A stretch of 64,000 nucleotides of DNA. It comes from an uncultured Desulfarculus sp. GTDB lineage: Bacteria > Desulfobacterota > Desulfarculia > Desulfarculales > Desulfarculaceae. The notes below the pieces were generated by a model. The model was not told where the DNA came from. It saw nothing but the letters and a program-made list of their open reading frames with translations, and did no database searches. The position numbers and the translations under genes are program-made. Where the stretch lies: positions 1,024,001-1,088,000 of the forward strand of contig CAXXUK010000002.1 in assembly GCA_963665125.2 (NCBI GenBank). Direction: 5' to 3'. Of this stretch, positions 43,188 through 51,356 are shown one piece after another (within the stretch, counting starts at the first letter, position 1; the number at the start of each line of letters is the position of its first letter).

Positions 43188-43230
43188 GGCCGGTTTTTTG
43201 TCGGTTGGTTCCCGCCGGAACACAGGCCTC

Positions 43231-44190
43231 ATGATCGCCTTGAGAAAGTCACATTTCCCGAGGGCCCTGGCAGCGGTGTGCCTGGCCGTGCTGCTGGTGT
43301 GGATGCCCGGGTTTGCCGAGGCCGCCGACCACCAAAAAGCCGCCGCTAAATACAAAAAGCTCATCATGGCCATAAAGCCTGATAACGAGGTGGCCTACGG
43401 CTTTTGCAGCGCCGTTTGCACTGTCGTGCTTGGCGGCAGGCTTTATGTCATCGGCGGCGACGAAAACGAAAGCATTTCCTCCACCGCCGACCTGGTTCAC
43501 TGGCGCAAGGACAGCCGGATGAATGACCTTGATATCATCGGTCATGCGGTGGTGGCCTTTAATAACAAGATATGGGTGGTTGGCGGCGGTGGTCTCGACG
43601 GTTACTTGACCAGGGCATGGTCCTCCGGCGACGGCGGGCATTGGACCCAAAGCCCATCCGATTTGCCTTTGGAGCCCCGCACGGGCCACGCTTTGGTGGT
43701 CTACAAGGACAAGATGTGGCTCCTGGGCGGCAGCGGCAAGGAACTGGATCATTTCAGCGATGTTTGGTGCAGTTCCGACGGTGAAAGCTGGCGCCTGGTG
43801 ACCGACAGGGCGGCATTCGGCAGGAGGCACCGCCACGCGGGTTTGGTGTTCGACGGCAAAATGTGGATCATCGGCGGCAACCTGGAATCAGCGCCGGACG
43901 ATTTTTCGCCCCAGGTATGGTCCAGCGTCGACGGCGATAATTGGCAACTCGTCACCGCCGACGCGGGCTTCCGGCCCAATGACGGCGTGATCAAGGCAGC
44001 GGTGTTCGACGGGCGGATGTGGGTGTCTTCCTGGAACAAAAAAGGTTTGCTTCTTTGGCACAGCGTTGACGGCAAGAACTGGGCCGAGTTTTCGCCGAAT
44101 CCAACGGTCGATGAGGAGGTCCAGAGTATCGTCGAGTTTAGGGGCGACCTGCTCTTTTTCATTTACGAAGGGATCATGAAGCTTGAATAG
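43231..44190 (+). CDS. Exported Kelch-like beta-propeller protein
   Basis: Signal peptide; repeated H.(A/L)V.F..K.W..GG and WSSxDGxxW. Confidence 0.82.
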   Translation: MIALRKSHFPRALAAVCLAVLLVWMPGFAEAADHQKAAAKYKKLIMAIKPDNEVAYGFCSAVCTVVLGGRLYVIGGDENESISSTADLVHWRKDSRMNDLDIIGHAVVAFNNKIWVVGGGGLDGYLTRAWSSGDGGHWTQSPSDLPLEPRTGHALVVYKDKMWLLGGSGKELDHFSDVWCSSDGESWRLVTDRAAFGRRHRHAGLVFDGKMWIIGGNLESAPDDFSPQVWSSVDGDNWQLVTADAGFRPNDGVIKAAVFDGRMWVSSWNKKGLLLWHSVDGKNWAEFSPNPTVDEEVQSIVEFRGDLLFFIYEGIMKLE

Positions 44191-44229
44191 ACAATCCGCC
44201 CGTTTACTGATCCGGGAGACGCAATAGAC

Positions 44230-44826
44230 ATGTCCGGCATGACCCTGGTCATAGTATTGACCCTGATCATAATGCTGTTGGGTCTGGTGACGATCTTTTT
44301 CGTGGCCAAGCTCTATATCAACAAGGCCCGTTCCCACCGAACCGTGTTGCCGGTCCTGGAAGGCGTGTTGCCCGGTCTCGGCTTCGAGCACAAGGCCAGG
44401 GGCTCCGGCGGCCTGTGGACAGGCCAAGTCGGCCAATGCCCCATCACCGTGCGGGACAAGGCCGCCGTGGCCGGCAACTTCGGCTACACCCTTTTTAGCC
44501 AGCGCACCGCCGCCGCCCCGGCGGATTTTGTCGTCGAGGCGGGCTACCCCGGCGGCGCAAGCGGCAGCAAGGCTATCTTCCGGCTCACCTGCAAGGACGG
44601 CACGGGTAGGGCCCTGTTGATCCACAGGGAAAATATCGAGCAAATGAACACCAGCCAACGGATAAAGGAGATGTTGGCCAATCTGCTGCAAGCACCGGCC
44701 TTGCCGACCATGGCGGTCACCGAAACCGCCATCTCGCTACGGTGCTATCCTGAACAACTGACCACGGATTCGCTGGGCGGTGTTTTAAAAAACCTGGCGG
44801 ATTTGACGACTGGACTGAGCCGATAA
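44230..44826 (+). CDS. Hypothetical protein with N-terminal TM
   Basis: GGAG RBS; hydrophobic N-terminus. Confidence 0.72.
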   Translation: MSGMTLVIVLTLIIMLLGLVTIFFVAKLYINKARSHRTVLPVLEGVLPGLGFEHKARGSGGLWTGQVGQCPITVRDKAAVAGNFGYTLFSQRTAAAPADFVVEAGYPGGASGSKAIFRLTCKDGTGRALLIHRENIEQMNTSQRIKEMLANLLQAPALPTMAVTETAISLRCYPEQLTTDSLGGVLKNLADLTTGLSR

Positions 44827-44876
44827 TTCGGCAGTCATATAAGTTTGACAATATGCTTTTAGGAGGGCAGGACGAA

Positions 44877-45242
44877 ATGATGCGTAAAATTCAGATGATG
44901 GTATTGGCATGTGTGGCGTTGCTGGTCGGAGCGTCGTTGGCCATGGCCGCCGTTGAGATGCCTGCTGGCTTCAACGGTGAACTGGTGCTGCCGCCCAACA
45001 GCGAACTGGTCAATGCCATGGAGGAGCCGCCCTACGCCGAGGTGGTCTCTCCCGACTCCATGGAGGCCGTTTACAATTTTTACAAAAAGGACCTGGTGGA
45101 CAAGGGCTGGAAGATCGCCGGTGATTACCCCAACATGGGAGGCACTTACCAGATCCAGTTCAAGAAAGACGGCAAGACCCTGAGCGTGGCCATCGGCAAG
45201 ATGAATGACGGCAAAGCCATCGCCCGGATCATGCTGAGCTGA
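44877..45242 (+). CDS. Small exported hypothetical protein
   Basis: AGGAGG RBS; signal peptide ending AMA; VYNFYKKDL..KGWKI. Confidence 0.78.
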   Translation: MMRKIQMMVLACVALLVGASLAMAAVEMPAGFNGELVLPPNSELVNAMEEPPYAEVVSPDSMEAVYNFYKKDLVDKGWKIAGDYPNMGGTYQIQFKKDGKTLSVAIGKMNDGKAIARIMLS

Positions 45243-45337
45243 GCACGCCCAACCGGCGGCGCTTCAAAGTAGCAAAAAGCGGTTTCCCCCTCCCTTCACC
45301 GGGAGGGGCGCCGCTAAACCTTCCGCACGGGTGAACC

Positions 45338-46306
45338 ATGACCAAAATCCAACGCCATGACAAGGGCGGCAATTTAGTAAAAGCGATTTTAGCCGCCTTG
45401 GCGGCGGTCTGCATCCTGGCCGCCCCGCTGAGCGTTGGCGCCGCCGAAAAAGCGCCGCCGCGCAAACCATTTTCCGAAATCAAACTCGTCACCCCGGAAG
45501 AGGAACTGGAAAAAATCGGTCTTTCCACTTCCTATGAAACCGTGGTGCTGGGGGGCAGGCTTTTCGTCGTCGGCGGAGATGAACGCCAAGGCGTACTGGT
45601 CACCCCGGACCTGCGGCAATGGACTGAAACTTCCGCGGACACCGAGTTGGAGCTGGTCGGGCACGCCGCAGTGGCCTTCAAAGGCAGAATATGGGTCATC
45701 GGCGGCTCAGGACCGGACGGTTTTACCAACGATGTATGGTCCTCGCCGGACGGCAAGACCTGGCGCAAGGCCAAGACTCCGCCCTTCGCGCCCAGGGCTG
45801 ATCACGTCGCCGTGGCGTTCCAGGATAAGCTGTGGGTCTTGGGAGGCAGCGGCAAGGAGTTGGAGGGCTTTAGCGATGTCTGGTGCAGCGTTGACGGCGA
45901 GAATTGGGATTTGGTGACCGACAAGGCCGGATTCGGCCGGCGGGACCACCATGCCGCCGTGGCCTTTGACGGCAAGCTGTGGGTCATCGGCGGCAACCTC
46001 TACGACTCGTCCGATGATTTTTCACCCCAGGCCTGGTCCAGCCACAATGGCAAAGACTGGAAATTGACCTCCAAAGACATTCACTGCCGGCCCCTGGATG
46101 GAGCGCTAAAGGCGGCGGTCAGTGACAACCGCATCTGGCTGGCGGCATGGGGACCGGAGGGTATAACCCTTTGCCACAGCTTCAAGGGCGTGTTTTGGCA
46201 GGATCTCAAGCCTGAAACCGAGATCGACGACGAATGCGCGTCCCTGGCTGATTTCCGCGGCCGGCTCTACGTGTTCACGCCCCAGGGCATCTTTATGCTG
46301 GATTGA
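45338..46306 (+). CDS. Exported Kelch-like beta-propeller protein (paralog of 43231-44190)
   Basis: Shared LGGRL, LGGSGKEL..FSDVWCS.DG, DDFSPQ.WSS. Confidence 0.82.
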   Translation: MTKIQRHDKGGNLVKAILAALAAVCILAAPLSVGAAEKAPPRKPFSEIKLVTPEEELEKIGLSTSYETVVLGGRLFVVGGDERQGVLVTPDLRQWTETSADTELELVGHAAVAFKGRIWVIGGSGPDGFTNDVWSSPDGKTWRKAKTPPFAPRADHVAVAFQDKLWVLGGSGKELEGFSDVWCSVDGENWDLVTDKAGFGRRDHHAAVAFDGKLWVIGGNLYDSSDDFSPQAWSSHNGKDWKLTSKDIHCRPLDGALKAAVSDNRIWLAAWGPEGITLCHSFKGVFWQDLKPETEIDDECASLADFRGRLYVFTPQGIFMLD

Positions 46307-46518
46307 GCGGCATCCGAGTTGGGGCGGGGTGTTGCAAAAACCGTTCGCGCCAGGGTGATCCCTCACCATTTTGCGAATACGCGGTTTCGTAAATAAGCGG
46401 TTTGAAGGCCTATGGCCGTTGCCCGGCTTTCGGGATGAAGTGGTTCAGCTTGCCGCACCGACGCCGGGCCCCGTTGGCCGGGGGCAGCGGCACGGCAAGC
46501 CGGGGTGATAATTTCGTG

Positions 46519-46557
46519 GGTTGTTGAAGAAGCCCGTCCCGGTCTTATTCAACAGCC
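46519..46557 (+). repeat. Isolated hairpin 1 of the repeat family; possible terminator for the porin gene
   Basis: GGTTGTTGAAGAAGCCCGTCCCGGTCTTATTCAACAGCC vs copy B GTGTTGAAAAAGCCCGTCCTGGCCTTTTTCAACGGC. Confidence 0.6.
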
Positions 46558-46559
46558 AG

Positions 46560-47807
46560 TTAGAAGTTGAAAATCAGGGCCGCGCCGATAAGCCACTCTG
46601 CGCCAAAATCTTCCGATGATTGTTTGCCGGTCAGATCGGTGATCTTGCCGCGCATGGACTTGCCGTAGTCGAAATAAGAAATCTGCGGATAGATGGAGAA
46701 ATATCTATTTATCCTGTATTGCATGGCTAGCATGGCCGACCACCGCGAATAATTGTCTTCGGTGTAGCCCAGCTTTTTCCAGTTGTCATTGCTGGAGTAA
46801 ACATAGCCGGCGCCCACCATATAGGTGGAATTGTCAACCGTGTAGCCAAACTGCACCGTGCCGCCGGCCTGGTAGGTGCTTTCCACCTTGCCGCCGACCC
46901 ATACGGGCACTGCCGCGGGCTGGCCAAAGAACGAGGCCGTGCCGAGCTGCCCCCATTCGATGTCGATATTGGTTCCGTAATAGGCCTGAAGCTTGACCTC
47001 GAATTGGTTGATGGTAATCGCCACGGGGATGTTGGCCACCCAGTTGACCACGCTGTCGTCCCGGCCGGTCGACGCTCCGTCGTACTGGCTCAGGGAAATG
47101 GAAAAACCGGGTATGGCGAGGATGTTTTCGGTCCTGACAGCCCAGGCCAGGTCCAGCCGGGGGAGGTCGTTATACAACTGCGAACTGCCAATGGTTTGAC
47201 CTCCCACCTGCAATACTTCCAGTCCCGCGATGTCTTCGGCATTGGCCTGGGCGAAAGCCGCGCTGAGCAAACCGATTTTCGTCAGGTATTCGGCCCTTAC
47301 CTGGGGATAGCGGCCAGCGTATAAATAGCCCCAACGGATAAACAGGCTCTTGGCCGCCTGGGTCGCCCCCACTCGGGCCATGGGCGCGGCGATCAGCGAC
47401 GCAAAAACGCCGTCCGTGTGACCGGCCACGATTTTCAAGTCGCCGCTCTTCCACCAGCCATAGGCCATGCGGAGCATGGCGGCTTCCTGGCCACCCACCT
47501 TGGAAACGGGATTAAGCTCAACATAGGCGCCGGTGTTTTGGTCGCCGCTGGTCCACTTGGCCCCGAAGTAGCTGTTGCCGTTGATGTTGACGAAACTGGT
47601 CGTGTATGAATCCCGAAGTTTGCCTTCCATGGTCAGACCGTATTGGTTGGTGGCCAGGGTGTCGTCTTTGAACTGATAGCCGAGGTCCGTCCACATCCTG
47701 CAGATCACGGTGAAATTGGAGCCCGGCGCGGCGGCCGCCGCCCAAACCGCCTTTGCCGGTAAGCCCAAGCAAAGAGTTAATAAAAGCGCCACTAGACATT
47801 TTTTCAT
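46560..47807 (-). CDS. Putative outer-membrane beta-barrel porin
   Basis: Signal peptide, amphipathic aromatic strands, LRMAYGWW, C-terminal LIFNF. Confidence 0.75.
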   Translation of the reverse strand: MKKCLVALLLTLCLGLPAKAVWAAAAAPGSNFTVICRMWTDLGYQFKDDTLATNQYGLTMEGKLRDSYTTSFVNINGNSYFGAKWTSGDQNTGAYVELNPVSKVGGQEAAMLRMAYGWWKSGDLKIVAGHTDGVFASLIAAPMARVGATQAAKSLFIRWGYLYAGRYPQVRAEYLTKIGLLSAAFAQANAEDIAGLEVLQVGGQTIGSSQLYNDLPRLDLAWAVRTENILAIPGFSISLSQYDGASTGRDDSVVNWVANIPVAITINQFEVKLQAYYGTNIDIEWGQLGTASFFGQPAAVPVWVGGKVESTYQAGGTVQFGYTVDNSTYMVGAGYVYSSNDNWKKLGYTEDNYSRWSAMLAMQYRINRYFSIYPQISYFDYGKSMRGKITDLTGKQSSEDFGAEWLIGAALIFNF

Positions 47808-47890
47808 TTGGTTTTACCCTCCCTCTCAGTTGATTGGGCTGACCAGCCCCAAACCTTGAACACTGTTTGCCTAAGCGGACACGGTTAAAC

Positions 47891-47905
47891 GCAACGGCCA
47901 TGCCA
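47891..47905 (-). promoter_or_regulatory. Sigma54 -24/-12 promoter of the porin gene
   Basis: TGGCATG-GCCG-TTGC on the minus strand, with an AT-rich tract upstream. Confidence 0.82.
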
Positions 47906-47979
47906 CAATTGCACAATGTAAATAAGTTAAATAAATCGAATGGATATAAAATTGGCTGGCGGCGATGGCCCGGGGCATG

Positions 47980-48014
47980 GTCTCAAATCAGACCAATCGT
48001 GTCGTTATTGAGTC
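47980..48014. promoter_or_regulatory. Putative enhancer (UAS) sites
   Basis: GTCT-caaatc-AGAC and GTCG-ttattg-AGTC; same motif pair recurs at 51195-51248. Confidence 0.6.
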
Positions 48015-48049
48015 AGGACTTGGCGTGCTTGGTAAATGTGCGGGCGGAT

Positions 48050-51000
48050 TCAGCGGGCGGACTGGATGCCCAGCTTTTTCATCCGCGTATATAGGCTGGT
48101 GCGCTTCATTCCCAAGATCGACGCGGCGCCGTCTGGGCCGCCGATTCGGCCCGCTGTCTTGTTCAAGACATGTCTGATGTAGCGGCGCTGCATTTCCTCC
48201 AGGGTTGGGCTGTCCTCAAAGGGGTTTTCCGAGCCCCCGATGACAACGCTGGGCAGGCTGAGCTGGATCTGGCCCCCCCGGGACAACAGCACCGACCGCT
48301 CGATCACGTTTTTCAGCTCCCTGACATTGCCGGGCCAGGTGTAGCGCAGCATGCGTTCTTCATCCTCGGCGGAAAACACCACCGGCTCACAATTGAAGGC
48401 ATTGGTAAAGCGGCGGGCCATGTGCCTGGCCAGGATGATCACGTCGCCGCCGCGTTCCCGCAAGGGCGGGATATTGACCGGTATCACGTTGAGCCGGTAG
48501 TACAGGTCCCGGCGGAATCTCCCTTCGGAAATTTCATGCTCCAGATTGCGGTTGGTGGCCGCCACCAGCCTGAAATCCGAATTGATGGGTTGGTTGCCGC
48601 CGACCCGGGTAAAACATTTTTCCTCGAGCACCCGCAGCAGCTTGACCTGGGCCGCCAGGGAGATTTCACCCAATTCGTCGATGAACAGGGTTCCGCCGTC
48701 GGCCATTTCCATGCGGCCGATACGCCGTTCGTCCGCACCTGTGAAGGCCCCTTTTTCATGTCCGAAAAGCAGGCTTTCAAAGAGGTTTTCCGGTGTGGCC
48801 GAAAGGTCCACCGCCACAAAAGGGCCGCTGCTGCGCAGGCTGTTGGTGTGCAGGCGCCGGGCCAACAGTTCCTTGCCCACGCCTGTTTCGCCGGTAATCA
48901 GCACCGTGGAATCACTGGGCGCGGCCTTGTCGGCCATGGCCAGAACATGATCCATAACCGGGCTTTCAGCGACGATTTCAACAGGTCCGGGCTCCACCGC
49001 CGAAGACCACACGGCGGCGGTCATCTTGTTGGTCAACTCCTTGCGGCGCTCGTATTCGGCGATTTTTTTCATGCACCTGCCTACATGATGGGCCAGCCTG
49101 TGCAGCAGGGACAGGGAAACGAAACCGAGGTTGTCGTGCAGATAATTGTTGTCAAAGTAGAACACGGCCACGGGGCCGGACTCGTTCGTGACGGGAAGGC
49201 AGATGCTTTTTACGGCTGATTCTTCGGCGTTTTCGATACGGGGCTTGCCTTCCCGCAATGTCTGGTAGACGAGACTCAGGCTGCTCCTGAATTCCGGGGA
49301 GTTGACGTATTCCGCGGATAAATTGCGCTGGGCCTTGATGAACGGGGCCTTGTTTTTAGCTTTGGATGTCAGGAACAGGGCTCCGCGTTCAGCACGGAAC
49401 ACCTGGCACAATGAATCCAGCAGGTTTGAATACAGATCCACTCCGTCCTGGTCCGGCAGCATGTTGCCCAGAATTTCCAGAAAGTGATCCAACAACTGAT
49501 CCGACGGCTGGTCGAGGGCTGTTTCAGAGGTGGTTTTGGCCAACAGAAAGCGGAGGTCCATGGGAAAGGCGTCAATACCGGCTCCGGAAAGGCCTTCCCA
49601 GGATTTCAAAGCGAATTCGCGTGCTTGTTGTTCGTCGCCTTTTCGCAGGCTTATGCGGGCCAAGGTCAGGCGGGTCATGGCCAACTCGGCAGGATCGCCG
49701 GACTGGGCGAGCAGATCCATGCTTTGGCGCAGTTTTCCCTCGATTATATTCGGCTGAACGCCGGCGGCCAGTTCGTCGGTGGCCTGCAAGTGCAAGGCCA
49801 CGCCTTTGAGATGGACGTTCTGACTTTCCAGTGACTTTGCCATCTCTTTTTCGAAAATGTACGGCCCCACGTCCGAAAAGCCTTCTTTGTGGAATATATG
49901 CAGCAACTTCAGGAACATCGCTGGATATTGCCTGATGATCATGCCTCCGGGGTCGAGTATGTCCGCCCGGTCTTGAATTATTTGGTAGGCCTGGCGGAAA
50001 AGGCCTTGGCGGGCTTTAAGATAGGCCAGGCCCACCGTGCTGATGAGCGGCACGAGCAACTGCCCGTGGACCACGGCTTCCTGATTCACCGCCCGCAGGT
50101 GTTTTTCGGCTTCCGCTTGGCGGCCCATCAGGGCCAGAAGGACCCCGAGCAGGGCCCGGAAGTGCATGGCCAGGTTCGGCTCGTTTTGCATCTCCGCACG
50201 ACGGCGGTTGGCGTCGACAATGCCCAGGGCCTTGTGATATTGGCCCAGCATCAAGGCGCTGTAGGCAAGATAGGCCGTTGAGGGCCATACGCTGAAATGG
50301 TCTCCCCGGGCCTCGGCGCGGTCCACCGCCTTTTGCAGGTGCAATGCCGCCTTTTCGTATCTGCCGCACAGGTAGTAATAAAGGCCGAAAAACTCTTCCG
50401 AGCGTGCGGCCATGTCGTCATCGCCCAAATCACGGGCCTGTTCCAGGTTTTTGCGCAGGGTCTCGACGGCTTCGGCGGTGCGGTCGGAAAGATAATAAAA
50501 GGCTCCATACATCAGACCGATCATTACCTTCGAGCGCAGATCGCCCAGGGATTCGGCCCGCATCCTGGCCCTGTCGAGCAATTCCGGCAGGTCGGCGTTG
50601 GTTCGGCCGAGCCTGAAACTCAACCTGACAAGCTTTTGGCCCGCATCGATAAACAGCGAATCAGACTGGTGATCTCCGTTGGGCTCCCAAAGGGTTTCCA
50701 CGGTTTGCCGGTACAAGTCGCAGGCCTGCTCGAGTTGGCCCAGGCGCAGGGCCTTCATGGCCTTGTCGTTGAACATGGCCGCGGCTTGTTGGTTGCGCCC
50801 CGCGGCGGCCAGCAGGCGGGCCAGCCCTTCGGCCTTTATTTCATGGCTCAGATCAAGTCGCTCAAGCTTTTCCAGCAGGGCTTGCAGCCGCGATGGTGAA
50901 CAGAGCTGCTTCAGCCTTGCCGCTGTCTCGGATCCGAGGTTGTCGCCCAGTTGAAATCTGTCTTCGCCGACCTGCTTCAACAGGCCGCAGGCCGTGGCCC

Positions 51001-51136
51001 TGCGGATCAAATCAAACAATGGTCCCGGCGCCAGGGGGGCCAAGCTGCCCGCCAGTCCCACGCTGACAGGCTGGTTGATGGCGGCATACACCGCCAGAAA
51101 TTCCCACTGCTGCTGGTCAAAAACTTGGTCCTTCAT
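48050..51136 (-). CDS. Sigma54-dependent enhancer-binding protein with long helical-repeat and GAF-like N-terminus
   Basis: GETGVGKE, ESLLFGHEKGAFTGA, FRRDLYYRLNV, WPGNVREL, C-terminal Fis HTH. Confidence 0.93.
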   Translation of the reverse strand: MKDQVFDQQQWEFLAVYAAINQPVSVGLAGSLAPLAPGPLFDLIRRATACGLLKQVGEDRFQLGDNLGSETAARLKQLCSPSRLQALLEKLERLDLSHEIKAEGLARLLAAAGRNQQAAAMFNDKAMKALRLGQLEQACDLYRQTVETLWEPNGDHQSDSLFIDAGQKLVRLSFRLGRTNADLPELLDRARMRAESLGDLRSKVMIGLMYGAFYYLSDRTAEAVETLRKNLEQARDLGDDDMAARSEEFFGLYYYLCGRYEKAALHLQKAVDRAEARGDHFSVWPSTAYLAYSALMLGQYHKALGIVDANRRRAEMQNEPNLAMHFRALLGVLLALMGRQAEAEKHLRAVNQEAVVHGQLLVPLISTVGLAYLKARQGLFRQAYQIIQDRADILDPGGMIIRQYPAMFLKLLHIFHKEGFSDVGPYIFEKEMAKSLESQNVHLKGVALHLQATDELAAGVQPNIIEGKLRQSMDLLAQSGDPAELAMTRLTLARISLRKGDEQQAREFALKSWEGLSGAGIDAFPMDLRFLLAKTTSETALDQPSDQLLDHFLEILGNMLPDQDGVDLYSNLLDSLCQVFRAERGALFLTSKAKNKAPFIKAQRNLSAEYVNSPEFRSSLSLVYQTLREGKPRIENAEESAVKSICLPVTNESGPVAVFYFDNNYLHDNLGFVSLSLLHRLAHHVGRCMKKIAEYERRKELTNKMTAAVWSSAVEPGPVEIVAESPVMDHVLAMADKAAPSDSTVLITGETGVGKELLARRLHTNSLRSSGPFVAVDLSATPENLFESLLFGHEKGAFTGADERRIGRMEMADGGTLFIDELGEISLAAQVKLLRVLEEKCFTRVGGNQPINSDFRLVAATNRNLEHEISEGRFRRDLYYRLNVIPVNIPPLRERGGDVIILARHMARRFTNAFNCEPVVFSAEDEERMLRYTWPGNVRELKNVIERSVLLSRGGQIQLSLPSVVIGGSENPFEDSPTLEEMQRRYIRHVLNKTAGRIGGPDGAASILGMKRTSLYTRMKKLGIQSAR

Positions 51137-51194
51137 GGCCCGCACCTCCATGGGTTTTATCCTATTTCCGGCAAGCCGCAAAAGTCAAGGCAGT

Positions 51195-51248
51195 GTCTGT
51201 ATAGAGACGAGAAAACGTCGCTATTGAGCCGTAAGTCTTATCCGAGAC
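51195..51248. promoter_or_regulatory. Putative enhancer (UAS) sites
   Basis: GTCT-N6-AGAC at 51195 and 51235; GTCG-ctattg-AGCC at 51217. Confidence 0.6.
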
Positions 51249-51356
51249 ATGGGTTCTGTTTTAATTTAATTAATAAAAACAGATTAATATCTGAATTGGC
51301 CCGGTGTGCATGTTTCTTGCGGCTAAGGGGGCAAACACCTTTACCGGAGGAATAAC

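Noticed and set aside
45278..45314. REP-like hairpin CCCCTCCCTTCACCGGGAGGGG
   Set aside because: Single copy in the window; cannot be told apart from an ordinary stem-loop
46325..46400. Possible sixth, very degenerate copy of the repeat family
   Set aside because: Similarity too weak to support by eye
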